From contig BCIN01000002.1 of assembly GCA_039545335.1 (NCBI GenBank), positions 1,005,118 through 1,069,117 on the forward strand: DNA of 64,000 nt, in the 5' to 3' direction. The stretch is from Kondoa subrosea. Lineage: Eukaryota. The translations under genes and the position numbers were made by a program. This document shows positions 1-12,638 of this stretch, in pieces; the first letter of the stretch is position 1; each line of letters opens with the position of its first letter. The notes under the pieces are model-generated. The model saw only the letters and a list, made by a program, of their open reading frames with translations, was not told the origin of the DNA and did no database searches.

Positions 1-28
1 GAAGAGAAGAGAGAGAGAGAGAAAAGAG
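1..28. repeat. GA-rich microsatellite at window start
   Basis: gaagagaagagagagagagagaaaagag read directly. Confidence 0.8.
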
Positions 29-381
29 TTGAGCTCTTTTACAACAGAGATTGTTATAGTAAAGTATTTCTCTTTATCGTTACGCATTTAAACCCCGTGT
101 TATTTCTTTAAATCGTTCTCACAATATCAGTCCTCTTGTACTAGTTGTCCTATGTAGCGCTGGAAAGCAAAGCATATTGTCGTTTGAATTTAGCCAATTG
201 ACTTGTTTACGTAATTCTATTGCTGTCTTGTCATTAACGTCCATATCCTTCACTTCTCTCCAGACATCCGTATAGCAAGCTGAGAAGTATCGCTAGAATC
301 ACTGCTCCGCTAGCGAGCAATCCTTCAAGTTGGTGTTATTCTACTCAATCTTTCACTGGCAAACGCGCTTTTGCGACTCGG

Positions 382-1396
382 ATGCCTGCACCTAAAGATC
401 TAGTCTTCTATGACATCCTTTGCGCAGAAGGAGAAGTCTCATGGTGTTCGCATTTCTTCCCTTTTATCTCTCTCACTCCTTTCTGACTGAGCGTTACAGC
501 TCCAAACACTTTGAAAGTGGAATACGCTTTACGATATCTCGATATTCCTTATCAAAAGGTGTTCTTGTCTTATCCTGATATCAAGGAACATCATCAGAGC
601 TTGGGCATCCAACCGAACGATCCTAAGGATGTCGCATTTCAATGTAAGCTCTCCTTTGTACTTGAGCCCTGGTCTTGGCTACATTGCGACATCGCGCTGC
701 CTTGGTGCTTGTAGTACATATAGCTGATATGACCTGGATTGGTAGATTCCTGCCCTGCTATCTCTTTCACCAACGAAGTAGGCGAGAAACATGCAGTGCA
801 AGACTCTAACCGTATCATCGACTTGATCGAAAGATCTCAATGGAGCAACAAAACATTATATCCTTCTCCGGGTTCTCATGCTTTGCAAGCCGTCGTCGGG
901 ACTTGGATCGCTGCAATGTTTCCGTTACTTCGAAAGTGAGCTACTAGACTACTGTAAGGACGGCAATATGCTGACCAAGAGGCCGGGATAGAATCATCTT
1001 CGCTGGTATGCCTGAGAAGTTGGATGAAAGAGGCGGAAAGTATTTTGCCGAGACTCGAGTAAGTGCTGAAGTTGTCCTTTCCTGTTGCCAAGCCAAAGGC
1101 AGATGGAACAGTCAAAGACGTTTGGACCGCTGGGAAAGTATGCTAGTGAAGAAGATGTAGCTCAAGCTTGGGCTGGTCTGGACAAGATGTTCAAGCAGCA
1201 AATCGTACCTGTTCTTGAAGCTGAAGATGGACCTTTCCTCATCGACGAGAAACCAATTTACGCGGACTTTCAATTGGCCGCTATTCTGCATTGGGTCAAG
1301 ATCGTCAGACCGAAAGAAGACTTTGAACGCCTGATGACTTTAGGAGGAAATTCTGTGCGGAAGTTGTATGAGTCTTGTGAACAAATCAGAACCTGA
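382..1396 (+). CDS. Glutathione S-transferase, fungal GSTFuA/etherase-like (multi-exon)
   Basis: Spliced MPAPKDLVFYDILC..W|SPNTLKVEYALRYLDIPY..CPAI..VQDSNRIIDL..GPFLIDEKPIYADFQLAAILHW; GST N- and C-domain motifs; GT-AG introns. Confidence 0.8.
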
Positions 1397-1762
1397 TTGC
1401 AGCAGAGACAATATTTCTATCAGAGAAACTGGCTGACTACCGACTCTGAGCCTTCCTACTGCCTTGAAGTTCTTTTAGACTTTATCTTACGTGATATTGG
1501 TTTTAGCGAGCAACCACTTCAACTCAGGTCATATACTCCGCACATTGGCAATCCATGCGCCCATAGTATCCAACAAACTCATTGGGAATTTCAAGGCTTT
1601 GGAAGAAAAGGCAAAGGCTGTGTGAGGCACTCAGCTTCTGAACAGTGCTATCCTCTCACGAACACGTCCATTTCATATCCACGTATCTGTCGATCACAGG
1701 CGTGGCAGATTAGCTACCAATGTATATCAAGAAGCATCGTAGGCTTACAGCATGTCCCTTGC

Positions 1763-3636
1763 TTACTCGTCCTCTACGCTCAGTTGCTGTCTGATGACCT
1801 TTCGCATTTCACAAGCACCTTTCGATTCGTCTTCCCATTTGTACAGCAATCTCTTTATGCCTTGATGACCTTGCGTGAAAGTGACTTTATCGTTCTCAGA
1901 TCCAGGAAACATACACCTGACTTGCATATCTTGCCACCCTAAGGAGGATGAATGACTGAGATAGTGTGCTTGTGCAATGAAGACATGCTGATCGATCGGA
2001 ATAAGAGCCAAGTAGTGAGTTACGCTAGATAATTGAGGTTCATTAGTAGACGCTAGATAGAGTGCAGGGGAGAAACCATCTGCATAGGGATGGAGATTCT
2101 TTGCGTCCTTAATCTTCTTCTGAATGCTCTGACAACACAGGGAAAGGTTACTGCTATCGGCTTGGAATATTGTCACCTCTGTGCCATCTGATGTTTCGTA
2201 AGTGCCGCAATAGGGCAAGAATGTAGGAGGTTGTCGCACTTCCCGATGTACAGATGTTATTTCCGGCAAATTGATGGTCCAAAAAGATCCATCTTCTTTG
2301 TATAGAGATGTCCAGTCAGCCTTCAAAAGACCCAAAGTCTTCTCCAAAACACGTAAAGCTACGATTGCAGCAGCAGGTGTTCCTCTTGCCACACATGGAA
2401 CATAGACGATAATAGCCAGTCCGTCATTGGGAGCGAGTAGGAATTGAGACGCACAGCCAGGCCTATTTCCGATGTGAGAATTAACGGTATGACCTTGCAG
2501 GACGTTGCAACCCACCCCGCAAGCGTAATCAGAAAGGCTCAGATCCAAAATTTTCATAGCTGGTTCGCTTAATGATAGACCGCAGAACGAAGATCCTTCT
2601 GTATTGTGCCGCGAGAAAAGAAATCTTGCTTGCTCGTCCGATATGAGATCTTCTTTCCGATTTTCAGTTCTTGCACCGGTGAATCTCAAGAGGAAATCTA
2701 ACCACTTGCTAGTGTCTTGCGCCGAGAACCAGATTCCGCCAGCACCGTCCAAGGCGTTCTCAACCGGATCAGCTAGAGTATGATTCATTCCGATAACGTG
2801 CGGACCCGTTTCTAGTGATACAGCAGGAGTAGCGACCATTGTGGGATCGGGACGATAAGTTGCGGAAGTCATCGAAAGAGGAGAGAAGATTCTTTCTTGC
2901 ACGAAGTCTGAAAAGACCTGTCCAGCAGTACGAGCGACCACTTCCGCTAGGACGCAATACATTACATTGCTGTAAGAAAAGCCGGATCGGAAAGGTATGG
3001 CTTGCTGGAGGTAGGGTAAACGATGGATGTTGTCTATTTGGCTCTGATAGCTTGCAAAGACCGGGACAAAGAGTGGACTGTACATATCGTGTGAGCCTGA
3101 TATGGTTCGACAAATAATCTGTTCACGTACTTTCGGGCAAGTCCAGTTCGATGAGCCTATCTATCTGTCTCAGCTTAGGTTTTCAGGTAATAGGGATGAG
3201 AACTTGCAGCCAAATCCAGAAGAGTAGCTTGTTCAGTGACACCATTGTCTTTAACCTGAAATTCTGGAATGACATCTCGGACTCTCGTATCCCAAGTCAA
3301 CTTCCCTTCGTCCACTAATATTGCGATTGCCAGACAGGTTACAAGCCTGTTTCAGACAGTCAGATAAAGTAGCATCAGACAGAGATGATATACTTAGAGA
3401 GCGATGCTATGTTGTACAATGTATCGTCGCTTGGCTTCTTACCATCCGCCATTGCACCAAAATGCGAAATGAAGGATTCGATCGAGCCATTACGGCGTTG
3501 AGCGACAGTAACGGTTGCTGATGATCAAGTTGAACTGACTATTTGCAAATGGTAGAGGATGCTTACCACCAGGTACGTCCCATTCCTCCAGCAAACGCTG
3601 GATATCGACTTGCGAGTCGTCGGCTATGTTGGACAT
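1763..3636 (-). CDS. Beta-lactamase/transpeptidase-like serine hydrolase
   Basis: Spliced MSNIADDSQ..EWDVPG..YNIASLS|K (SxxK), DEGKLTWDTRV, HRTGL, FSYSN (YxN), PLSMTS, GAGGI, HIGNRPG; 5' introns then one long exon. Confidence 0.85.
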
Positions 3637-4033
3637 CGACAAATCTCAAGCCGAGAGAACAACGATCGTAAAGGAAGACGAAGAAGAGAAAATATGGAAA
3701 ACGCAAGACAATAGGGCAGTGAGACTAGGCAGTGAAACATTCTTTTCGCGCGCTGCCTTCACCGTGACGGCTTTCATTAATCACAGGCTCTTCTCACATA
3801 TCGTAGCGCAACGACATCTATGGAAGACAAGTACACTTCAGGGCCAATATGAACCATTCAAAGCATATAAAAGGATGATCAATCCTTGCGCGTTTGTCAA
3901 GCGAGCAGCAGCTGAGAGATTGCTCCTTCATAAGGAGCCTTAAAGGAGGGAGCCGAGAAGATAGCGTCACCCGGTTGGGTTTGAACGATAAAGTCGATTG
4001 TTTCCTTTTTGTGCAGCGATAACCGCCCTGCAG

Positions 4034-5614
4034 ATGGGGCAGGATGCGCTCGAAGTCTTCAGGCTGCTCCGTAAGCTTTTCCAGCAGAGAATCTATACAT
4101 ACTCTGATGTTGTTCAGGACAGAGCCAAAGCATTTCATTTTGCTGCTGGTCTTTGGCTCGATTGGGATGATCGTCGTAGCTTCCTACTGCTTCAGCATAG
4201 CCCGATTTCTCTGTGGCTCGCTTCTAGGTGGTATCCCTGTTCGTCGCTCGCAATTGAGCGTATCACAAATCGCTAATCGGTTCAGTTGACTTGGCAGCTC
4301 GAGAAATTTGGTTTGAAGAGAGGAGCATGGGCAAGCGAGTGCATCCCAGATTGCGTCGAATCTGATACTCATCCATTTGATACAGTTGTTACTGGCTCAA
4401 CAGCTGGGATTGGTTACGAATTCGCAGACCAGTTGGCAGAAGCAGGCTTCAATCTCGTTCTGGTAGCAAGAAATGAGCAGCAATTAGCGCTTGATGCAAA
4501 ATCTTTCGGTCAGCTCTGTCACGCGAAAGCAACAGGAAAACTTATGCCTTACGTGATTGACGTAAGCAGAATCGAGACACCAGATAAGAGCGAGACATAT
4601 CGCTTTGGACTTTGCAAAGGCATCACCTGAGGACTGGAAGCGCGTCGAAGCAGAGCTTTCAGCATTAGACGTTGGCATTCTCGGTACGTTCTCTGTGAAA
4701 GAGGGATCTCAAGATAATTTGCTGACTCATCTATTTATTAGTGAACAACGTTGGTGTTGGACACGAATACCCTGACTTCTTTGCTCAAATACCGGGCGAA
4801 GAGTGTGATGCAATGCTTCGCGTCAATGTAGATTCATTCGTACGCATGAGTCGGATAGTGCTACCTGGAATGACTGCAAGGTAGGTTGCAACGATTTGAG
4901 TAGATATACGATCTATTGCTTAGCCAAACGACAGGGACAATGGCTTAATATTGAACATCGGTTCCTTTTCTGCATGGATGCCTTCGCCTTTCATCTCCTT
5001 CTATGCGGCAACGAAAGGCTTCATGTACACTTTCTCGCAAGCGCTAGCTTCAGAACTATCAGATACAGGCATCACTGTGTCCCTCGTCAATACGTACTTT
5101 GTCGTCAGTCTCCGTCATTCGGTGAATACACCCTTGAATAATTTCCATCACCCAGGTCTCTGCATTGTCACACATGAAGAAGCCCTCTATCTTTGTACCT
5201 ATGCCAAAACCATACGTAAAGTCTGTTTTGTCGCATATTGGCTGTCAAGTAGGATCAGCAGGCTGCATGTGAGTCTAGCAATCTATCCTGCTCAATTTGA
5301 CGCTGATGGATGCATATCTCGCACAGGCCGTTTCAGTCGACACCTTACTTTCCTCATGCTGTTGGTCAATTCTTCATCGACCGAGTCGGTACATGGGCTT
5401 TCTGGTTTCGATATACTAAAAGTATGGTCGCTTTTTCTTCATCTATATCACTTTCATGCTGATAGCCATACTAGACAAGCATATAGAAGTTCGTCAAAGA
5501 TCAATGGCGAAAAAAGCGAGAGTGCATAAAGCTGCAATGGCCATCAAGAGCCTGGAAGGAATTGCAGCTAAAGCTACGCCGACGCAAATGGGGTTTGAGG
5601 GTGTGCGGGACTGA
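4034..5614 (+). CDS. Very-long-chain 3-oxoacyl-CoA reductase-like SDR (Ifa38/17bHSD12 type)
   Basis: N-terminal TM segment, GAWAIVTGSTAGIGYEFADQLA (TGxxxGIG), GILVNNVG, NIGS, YAATK (YxxxK); 3' end approximate. Confidence 0.85.
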
Positions 5615-5802
5615 TGTATTCCTCTGAGAGAAAGACTTGTACATAGTGATCTGATTATTTATATACATTGGCATACATGGGAATGTTTTACTGCCAATTA
5701 TCTTTTTTTCGCCGCGATAGTCGGCGCTGTAGTGTAGCATACAGATCACACGATGCATATCCGGCCATTCCAATCCGCCTTGCTATCCAAGTCTGATTGT
5801 CA

Positions 5803-6969
5803 TCATCTTACGGCCTGCCTCAGCGACTCTTGCCAATCCTTTGCAAATTCCGCAACGCTCTTGCCATCGCTCAAACCAATGACATCTTTCGGATATCGGT
5901 TGTGACTGTATCGAGGTTGTGATTGCGCTGCTTCAGTTGCACTAGCAATTACTCGAAAGAGAGGTAGATTAGGTGTATTCGGCGTAAGGGAAAGAAGTTC
6001 TGTCCAGTCGAAGAGAAGTGAATCTGTTTGAGGTGCTAGAGGATTGAAGTCGATCAAGAAGATTTTGAGGTAGTCTCGAGTGAAATAGACATCGAAGACA
6101 TCTGTCTCACCTCAAGTAAGAATAGCTCTGGCGCGAGACGAATGACTCACAATTCCGTTCTGGGAAGCGATGCTGTACATGTTCCGCGAAGAAGGCGATC
6201 AGACTCGTCCGTATTGTTGCTTGCAGATCTTCAGCTTGCAAGAAATCATAGTGATTGACATCTCGTTGACATATAGCTACACGAGAATACCATCAGGATC
6301 AGTCCAACTTCCAACAAAGAAAGGGACTACATTCTTACCTACAAGCTGATTGTCCAATACAAAACACCGAAACTCTTGCGATCGAGGCATATCAAACCAC
6401 TTCTTCAGCACAAGTTCGCATTTGTCTGGCTTCTCGCCTTCTTGACCATCTTCACAGTGATCGTAAGCATGATTCAGATCATGTGTGACAAAATCAGAAG
6501 CTTTCAGCAGGAGATAGACGTCTGCAGGGCAAGTACACTTCAGCGGTGGTCCTGCATTGATCCAAGCAGCGTCCTTTCAATGCGATCAGTTGCGAAGATC
6601 AAAGCGACATTACGACGGACTCACTTGAGGACTAGACCAGCTGAATTTAGGAAAGACAGACCCTTGATAGAATTCGATGACTTGTCTGATTCGAGCATCG
6701 AGCTCAGGAAACGCAAAGTGCCTCTGCATGCCTTGCTCCTCGTAGTCGCTGTCCTCCGCATCACTCCAGTCATCTGTATCTGCTTGACTGTGCTCGCTGC
6801 CTCGAGGTGTAAAAAGTCCATCTGTTTCCAAATAGTCGATGAAAGAATCTGGCAAAGCGAGGACTGTGGCTTTGGGCGTATGCTTCTTGAACAGAGGAGA
6901 CCAGGAAGAATACAGGCAAGCGTTGACTGAGGCCCTGCTCAGAGGTGGAAAGGAAACACTCGAAGTCAT
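5803..6969 (-). CDS. CDC123: Cell division cycle protein 123 (D123 family, eIF2 assembly factor)
   Basis: CLYSSWSPLFKKHTP, FPELDARI, VFPKFSWSSPQ|DAAW, LVLKKWF, EFRCFV, LIDFNP, TDSLLFDW. Confidence 0.9.
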
Positions 6970-7348
6970 CGACCGAATGCAAGACGAACACCAAGGCTTT
7001 CGCGTGTGCATTGTTGCCAACAGAAGTACAACTGCCAACAGAGCTATGATATGGCACCCAGATCTGCTGTCCAATTGCGCTCTAAGGCTCGTACGCCTTC
7101 AAATGTGCTTTCGTTTATAGTTACAGTCTCGTATCTGCTTATACTGTACTGTAAGACTCGATCAATTCGGCCTGCGCTATACATGCATTCTGGCTGAAGC
7201 CGTTTTTACTATCCTTGTCGCGAATTCGTATAATGCTAAATCAACGATGCCAATGAACGCTTCAAGAACTCTGCTAAGGGAGATTACGAGCAAGTCTCGA
7301 CAAGCCTTCGTAATCTAAGAAAGATCATGCCTGTCCAGGACCAGCTGA

Positions 7349-7706
7349 ATGTATTGGACAAGCTACTTCTTCCTGATCGTCAGTCCAACTCGACCGTGTT
7401 TGATATATGAAGTTCGAGCACGCTAGCAGCTGTCACATCTAGATACTCAAGGCTTGCTTTGTCCCTCGACATGGAAGACAAAGAGCAACATCGATACAAA
7501 TCTACGCGTTGTCAGGTCTTCACCTCAGCAATAGATGAAGGGCGAGTGACGAAAGCTTTGGAGATATACGATTCTGGTGAGCTACTAGTCGAAATGGTTG
7601 ATGATCTCTCCTTTGCGTCGCATATGCTGGATATGCAGATTGCACCGGTGCCTACATTTCTACCAAATGGGTAATAGAAGGAGCATCATTCTGTAATGTA
7701 AGTTAA
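7349..7706 (+). CDS. Possible small multi-exon secreted peptide (orphan)
   Basis: Hand-spliced MYWTSYFFLI|ILK|VFTSAIDEGRVTKALEIYDS|DCTGAYISTKWVIEGASFCN; needs one GC donor; no homology recognised. Confidence 0.25.
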
Positions 7707-8025
7707 GAATTTTTGATAGTGCGAGCGCAAGAGTTCTGGAATTAATTATGACACGAAATACATCATCCCGCATAAAGTTGTTATTTTGAGCTTTAAGTTT
7801 CAAGTTGCCTTTCTATTGCTAACCGAGATGTTTGAGCATACCCTCAGCAGCGATATCATCCCTTGTTATTGACACATCTCAGCCATCAGCAAGAGTTTCA
7901 CTTGCTATACATAGAACTAAGTCCTTGCGGATTTGCGTAATATCAGTCATTGGCTGCTACAAATCGCTGCAAGCTGGCATCTGTGCTTTTCTTGTCTCGA
8001 GCTACGAAGCGGTGTATAGTCTACA

Positions 8026-10440
8026 ATGGCTCTGAAGAGAAAGCTCTTCCGCCCTGTGAAGAAGTCACCCAAAGAGCGACTGATTGACGTCGTCCAATAC
8101 TTTCCTCTACTGGCTGCTGTGTTTGCACCTCTCTCTACCTTGCTTGATATACCGGGCCTAAGTCAGTCACGCACCTCTCGTTGAGACGTTTCTTCGTTTA
8201 CCTCTCAACCTCAGGCGAACCGTGGTTTCTCTATTATGGTGAACCTGTGCCGGATAACAAGACTTCAATCATCTTATCCGCTATTGGATTGGGCTTTAAT
8301 GTGGCCGCAAATGCGCTCTTGGTCGCTCGCTTCACTGTGACCAAGTATGTTAAACTAACAAATCCCGTAATGTTACTGACAAGTTGTACAGCATGAGGCG
8401 CTGGAAAATACTCATGTCCGTCTCTGTGGCTTGCTGGATTGCCAAGCTAGTTATAGCCATGGTCAATTTACTGGCCTATGGTGCCTTTGTGAGGAACTTT
8501 CCTGGATTTTCATATGGCGAAGGTTCGTTGCCTCGTTCCAAGAGGCGCAGCAGACAATTGAACCAAATATGCAGGCTTCTGGAGCGCGGTTGTCAGTCTG
8601 GTACTGAGTGGTCTAATCACTCTGGCTCTCGTTTCACATTGGTTGTTGCGCAAGAGTATGGGTTTTGACACTGGTGGAGATGAAACCCTTCGAGTCGCTG
8701 GCGCGAATTTTATCCTCTCAGTAATGGCTTTCATCTCAGTTCTGGCTTTGCAAGCTCTTGTCCTGTCGAGGATCGAAAAATGGCGCTTCCTTGACGGAAT
8801 CTATTTCGGTAAGTAATTTGTACGAAGTATGGGAGTCAGGCTAATAGGTTTCTAATAGCTACAACATCAGCATTGACAATCGGCTATGGCGATTTCGCGC
8901 CTGCAGTAGCAGCTAGTCGGGTCCTCGATTTCCCCTTTTCTGTTATGTCGATCGCACTGCTAGCAGTCATGATTGGTCAGATCATAGGCTTCTTTTCCGA
9001 ACGTGCAAATGAGAGAAAGAACTCACATCGAAAAAGCTTCGAGGAAGCCTTCACCAGACGGCGCAATGAAGCTGATGAGCTGTCCAAGCGAACTTTGGGT
9101 CAGCGACCTTTTTCTTTCGTGCGCAAAGTACTGATACTATGTCCAGTAATGGAGATCGCGGAGCTACAAGAAATGTATGATCGTTCAGCCCACCTTATTC
9201 CTGATTTCATCCTATAAGACAGGCAACGGATCGAAGAGAAATACCACAAGCTATACGACTTGTTTCTCAGCATAGTATCCTTGGTCACCTTTTGGATGAT
9301 TGGAGCTGCCATCTTTTCTAAACTCGAAGGTTGGTCATACGGTGTATCGGTATATTACATTTATGTGACAATTTTGACCATGTAAGCTTACCGGAGCTCC
9401 TATCTTATGTACCGAGATTAATGGGTCTTTTAGCGGCTACGGTGATTTGAGTCCCGAATCTTCAGCTGGTCGCGTTGTCTTTATAGTGTACGCTCTTTTG
9501 GCTGTACCGGTCATGACAAGCTTTATTCTACAAACGGTAAGCTCGACGATGTCTCAAACAGACGGGCTGATGTTGTCACAGGTCACTGGTCTGTTCGAAG
9601 CTCTTGCTGATCATTTGGCAACTCAAGCAAGGAACAAGAAAGCGCCAACAGATGCGGAACAGAAAGTGTATCACTCACACGCATGTCAGCATATTATCTT
9701 TCTCTTGAGACTGATGTTCATCTACCCTGCGCGATAGATCTTGTTGCAAAACGTATGGATCATCTTGACGAAAACAAAATCAACGAAGAAGCCGAACTTG
9801 CCAGCATTGTTTTGCATTTAGCTGTCCGACTGGAAGCACAAGCTCGAGCGTTGATGCTCGAGAAGCTGGACCCAAAAGGCAAACCCGCTATTCTGCTCAA
9901 AGCCGATCGAAGTCTACAACAGCGATGCGTTGATACTTTGCGGAAAGAGAAACCGGACGATGATCCAGCTTATGAAGCTGCTCTGTATTTATCAGCGGAT
10001 CTGGAGAGCGAACGCGATCGGATATTCATCAAGGGTGAAATCAATAGATCGGTGACTCTAAATTCGGAAAAGCTGAAAGGGGACGAGTTGGAGCAAGTGA
10101 GACAGTATAGACAGACCTATGCTGCATTGCTGGCGACGGGAAGCCGATTGATGTATGTACCATTCGGTTGATGAGAAGCTGTGCTGATACATGTCTTTGT
10201 TATAGGAAGCTTGAAGGTGATCAGCGCTGGATCTTTGAGAAGAGACTGGAAGCTAGCCAGTACGTCTCACTGATATCTGCGAGTAGTCATGACTCATTTG
10301 CCTCCAGTGAAACAGACCTTGGAGGTGTCATCTTAGGTAGGCTTAGCGAAAACCTTTTTTTATCTTTGAGCCTGAACAATATCTACAAAGGGTCCGACAG
10401 GCAAGGTGAAGCAGAAAAAGCAATGCAGGTGGACGTATGA
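8026..10440 (+). CDS. TOK1: Two-pore-domain outward-rectifying potassium channel
   Basis: N-terminal PLLAAVFAPLSTLLDIPGL, several TM helices, pore 1 LTIGYGDFAP (~8875), pore 2 LTI|GYGDLSP (~9375-9455); 3' end approximate. Confidence 0.85.
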
Positions 10441-10525
10441 TTACCTATTCAATACATGTACGATATTGTGGTATACAAGTTGTGGTTCTTGTTTATATTT
10501 TAATTTTATGATTTTCCTTGCATGT

Positions 10526-11683
10526 CTAATAATGCTTATTAAACACGTCATCCGAGAATTGGCCAAACGTCTGCCTATCATCCAATTTGACATTCACATT
10601 TGGCTGCAAGAACAGCGCGAGAGTTTCCCTTGAGACCCATCCGTCGCCGGTCAGATCCGATGGTAAAGCGTCTCTTACTGCTTGACCAGCTTGACCACCC
10701 ACATTTCCAGCTTGAACGCAGTGCGGCGTAGCTTGCAATCTTCCTTTCGTCAATACTTGTAATGCCTCACCGCTTTGGAAAGCTAGGCAATTCGACGGTA
10801 CAGTAGCTTTGACTATTCCTTCTCCCGAGCGAGGTTTGATAAAAAGACCAGCTGAAGAAGAAGGGCATGGGATAGGATATACTTGATCAGGAGTTGAAGA
10901 AGGGTGGAAGAGATATTGCGCCGGTACTAAGCCTGTCAATAGACTGTGATCCAGGTGCCAAGCGCATAAATCATCAAGAGCAGTTGTTGGAGAAGAAGAA
11001 GAAGAAGAATTCGATGTTGGTGAAGAGTCGAGAGAAATGGTTTGACCATCGAGCGGGAAATAATGGAGTAGCCTTGCTTTTGAAGTCTGAGAAGTAGCGA
11101 TCATATCTGCAACCGAGATGTTCTGTTGAGAGTCTTCAAGATATTCCTTGACTGCAAAGCGAGGTCAGCTCATGCTTTGACACACAAGGCCGATCATCTT
11201 ACCAACTTGATCCATCGCTCGAGCCAATTTTACGCCTATATCCTGAACAAAGCTTGCTAAATTCATGAATGCTTCTCTATACCCTTCGCAATCCTGGTTT
11301 GGCCAAACATTATCACTGTAATACTCCGGAAATTGCTTCTTCTGCTCTTCATCGCCTCTCATATCTTGAGTAGGATGAGCGTAATAAGATCCTTTGGCAG
11401 TATCTGGTTTCCCATTAAAACTTTCTTTGCCCAATGACCAACCAAAAGAGTATCGAGATTCAGGATGAGCGTATCGAGAACGCGTTGATTCAGGTAAAGA
11501 AGCGAAAGCGTTGGCTTTAAGCAAACAGTTCTCGCGCAGTGAAGCAAACTCTTGAGGTAAATCAGAGATTATAAGCAGACCGAGAGAGGATGAAGAGCCA
11601 AATGCTTCAAGAAATGACGATCGCAAAGAAGTGAAGTCATCTTGAAGCAGCGACTGATACGGAATCTGCACAGGCGTGGCCAT
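10526..11683 (-). CDS. 2-oxoglutarate/Fe(II)-dependent oxygenase (IPNS/clavaminate synthase-like)
   Basis: GWSLGKE..PDTAKGSYYA, KARLLHYFP, WHLDHSLLT (HxD), ATPHCV (distal His), RETLALFLQP; one intron. Confidence 0.85.
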
Positions 11684-12020
11684 GGCAAGTCGTGAATGGT
11701 TGCGCAAGAGAGCTCGCATCAATTCGAGCGGCCAAAAAGTCACATTTAGGTTAAATCTCGTGGTGTAGTGGCTTAGTTCTAGGATTGGGCGTCATAAATG
11801 TCGACCAGGGATCTTTGGACATGTACTGGCAAGTCTATCGCGTCGCGTACAATGCATCATTAGCGCAGACGCGATCTAGATCGATCATGAGCCCATTTTG
11901 AGTGTTCTGTGCGTACCTTATCGGTTTCATAATTTGTCCATGTTTTGCAAGTCTGTACAGCCTATCTAGATTTATCGTCTCTTCTTTTCTCTTCCTACCA
12001 ACTGTCATCATCATCACAAA

Positions 12021-12606
12021 ATGAGCAACCTCAACACCTTGGAGAAACAAAACCCACCCGTCACTCAAACCATTCGCGTTAATCGAGCCAACAATTCAAA
12101 CGCTGGTTTTCCCAGATCGATCTCTCCTTAAAAATCACAGCTTATTATTGGCTTCTTATTATGATAACTACATACCTCTGGAACTATAACACGAATAGGT
12201 TGAGATCATCATGTGACAAAAACCTTGATGCTTGGAAAGAATTGTTTGATAGAGAATCGGATGCTTGGAAAGAATCGTTTGATAGAAACCATGATGCTTG
12301 GAAAGAATCATATGATAGAAACAGTGATGCTTGGAAGGAATCGTACGATAGGATGACCAAAAAGTACGAGGAAGAATACTCGGTGATTGCGAATTGGGAT
12401 CAAGAGACTAGAGAAAGATGGGCTGAGGAATATAGAAGCAAGCATCAGGCATGCGAGGAAGCGTTTGCATTTCCAGTGGCAGCAAGCGAAGTCGGTCAAA
12501 AGAAGGCAAACAGTGAAGATTTGGATTAGGAGGCAAAAAGGATGCTCGAAATCAACCGAGGCGAAGAGTTGGAGACGATTTTAGAATTGGAGAACGATAA
12601 GGGTTA
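12021..12606 (+). pseudogene. Small protein with TM segment and 11-aa tandem repeats; internal stop, start uncertain
   Basis: YYWLLIMITTYLW then 4x DAWKE(S/L)(F/Y)DRxx; TAG at 12527-12529 followed in frame by EAKRMLEINRGEELETILELENDKG*. Confidence 0.4.
12227..12358 (+). repeat. 4 x 33-bp coding tandem repeat
   Basis: gatgcttggaa(a/g)gaat....gatag unit starting at 12227, 12260, 12293 and 12326. Confidence 0.95.
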
Positions 12607-12638
12607 GATAGAGTAGGAAATGCATACAGTAATGGACA

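Noticed and set aside
1..28. Telomere
   Set aside because: Simple GA tract, not a TTAGGG-type repeat
1397..1942. 181-aa plus-strand ORF directly after the GST stop (readthrough?)
   Set aside because: TTG start, no TGA-CTA readthrough context, UTR-like composition, and overlaps the convergent gene
1763..3636. Recent bacterial beta-lactamase transfer or contamination
   Set aside because: Has spliceosomal introns, and the family is common in fungi
6376..6930. 184-aa plus-strand ORF
   Set aside because: Antisense shadow of CDC123
11756..11840. tRNA-like start (gtggtgtagtggcttag)
   Set aside because: No T-loop GTTCGA or acceptor-stem pairing downstream
12227..12358. 33-bp repeats as a CRISPR array
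   Set aside because: Head-to-tail coding repeats with no spacers, no cas genes and a eukaryotic context
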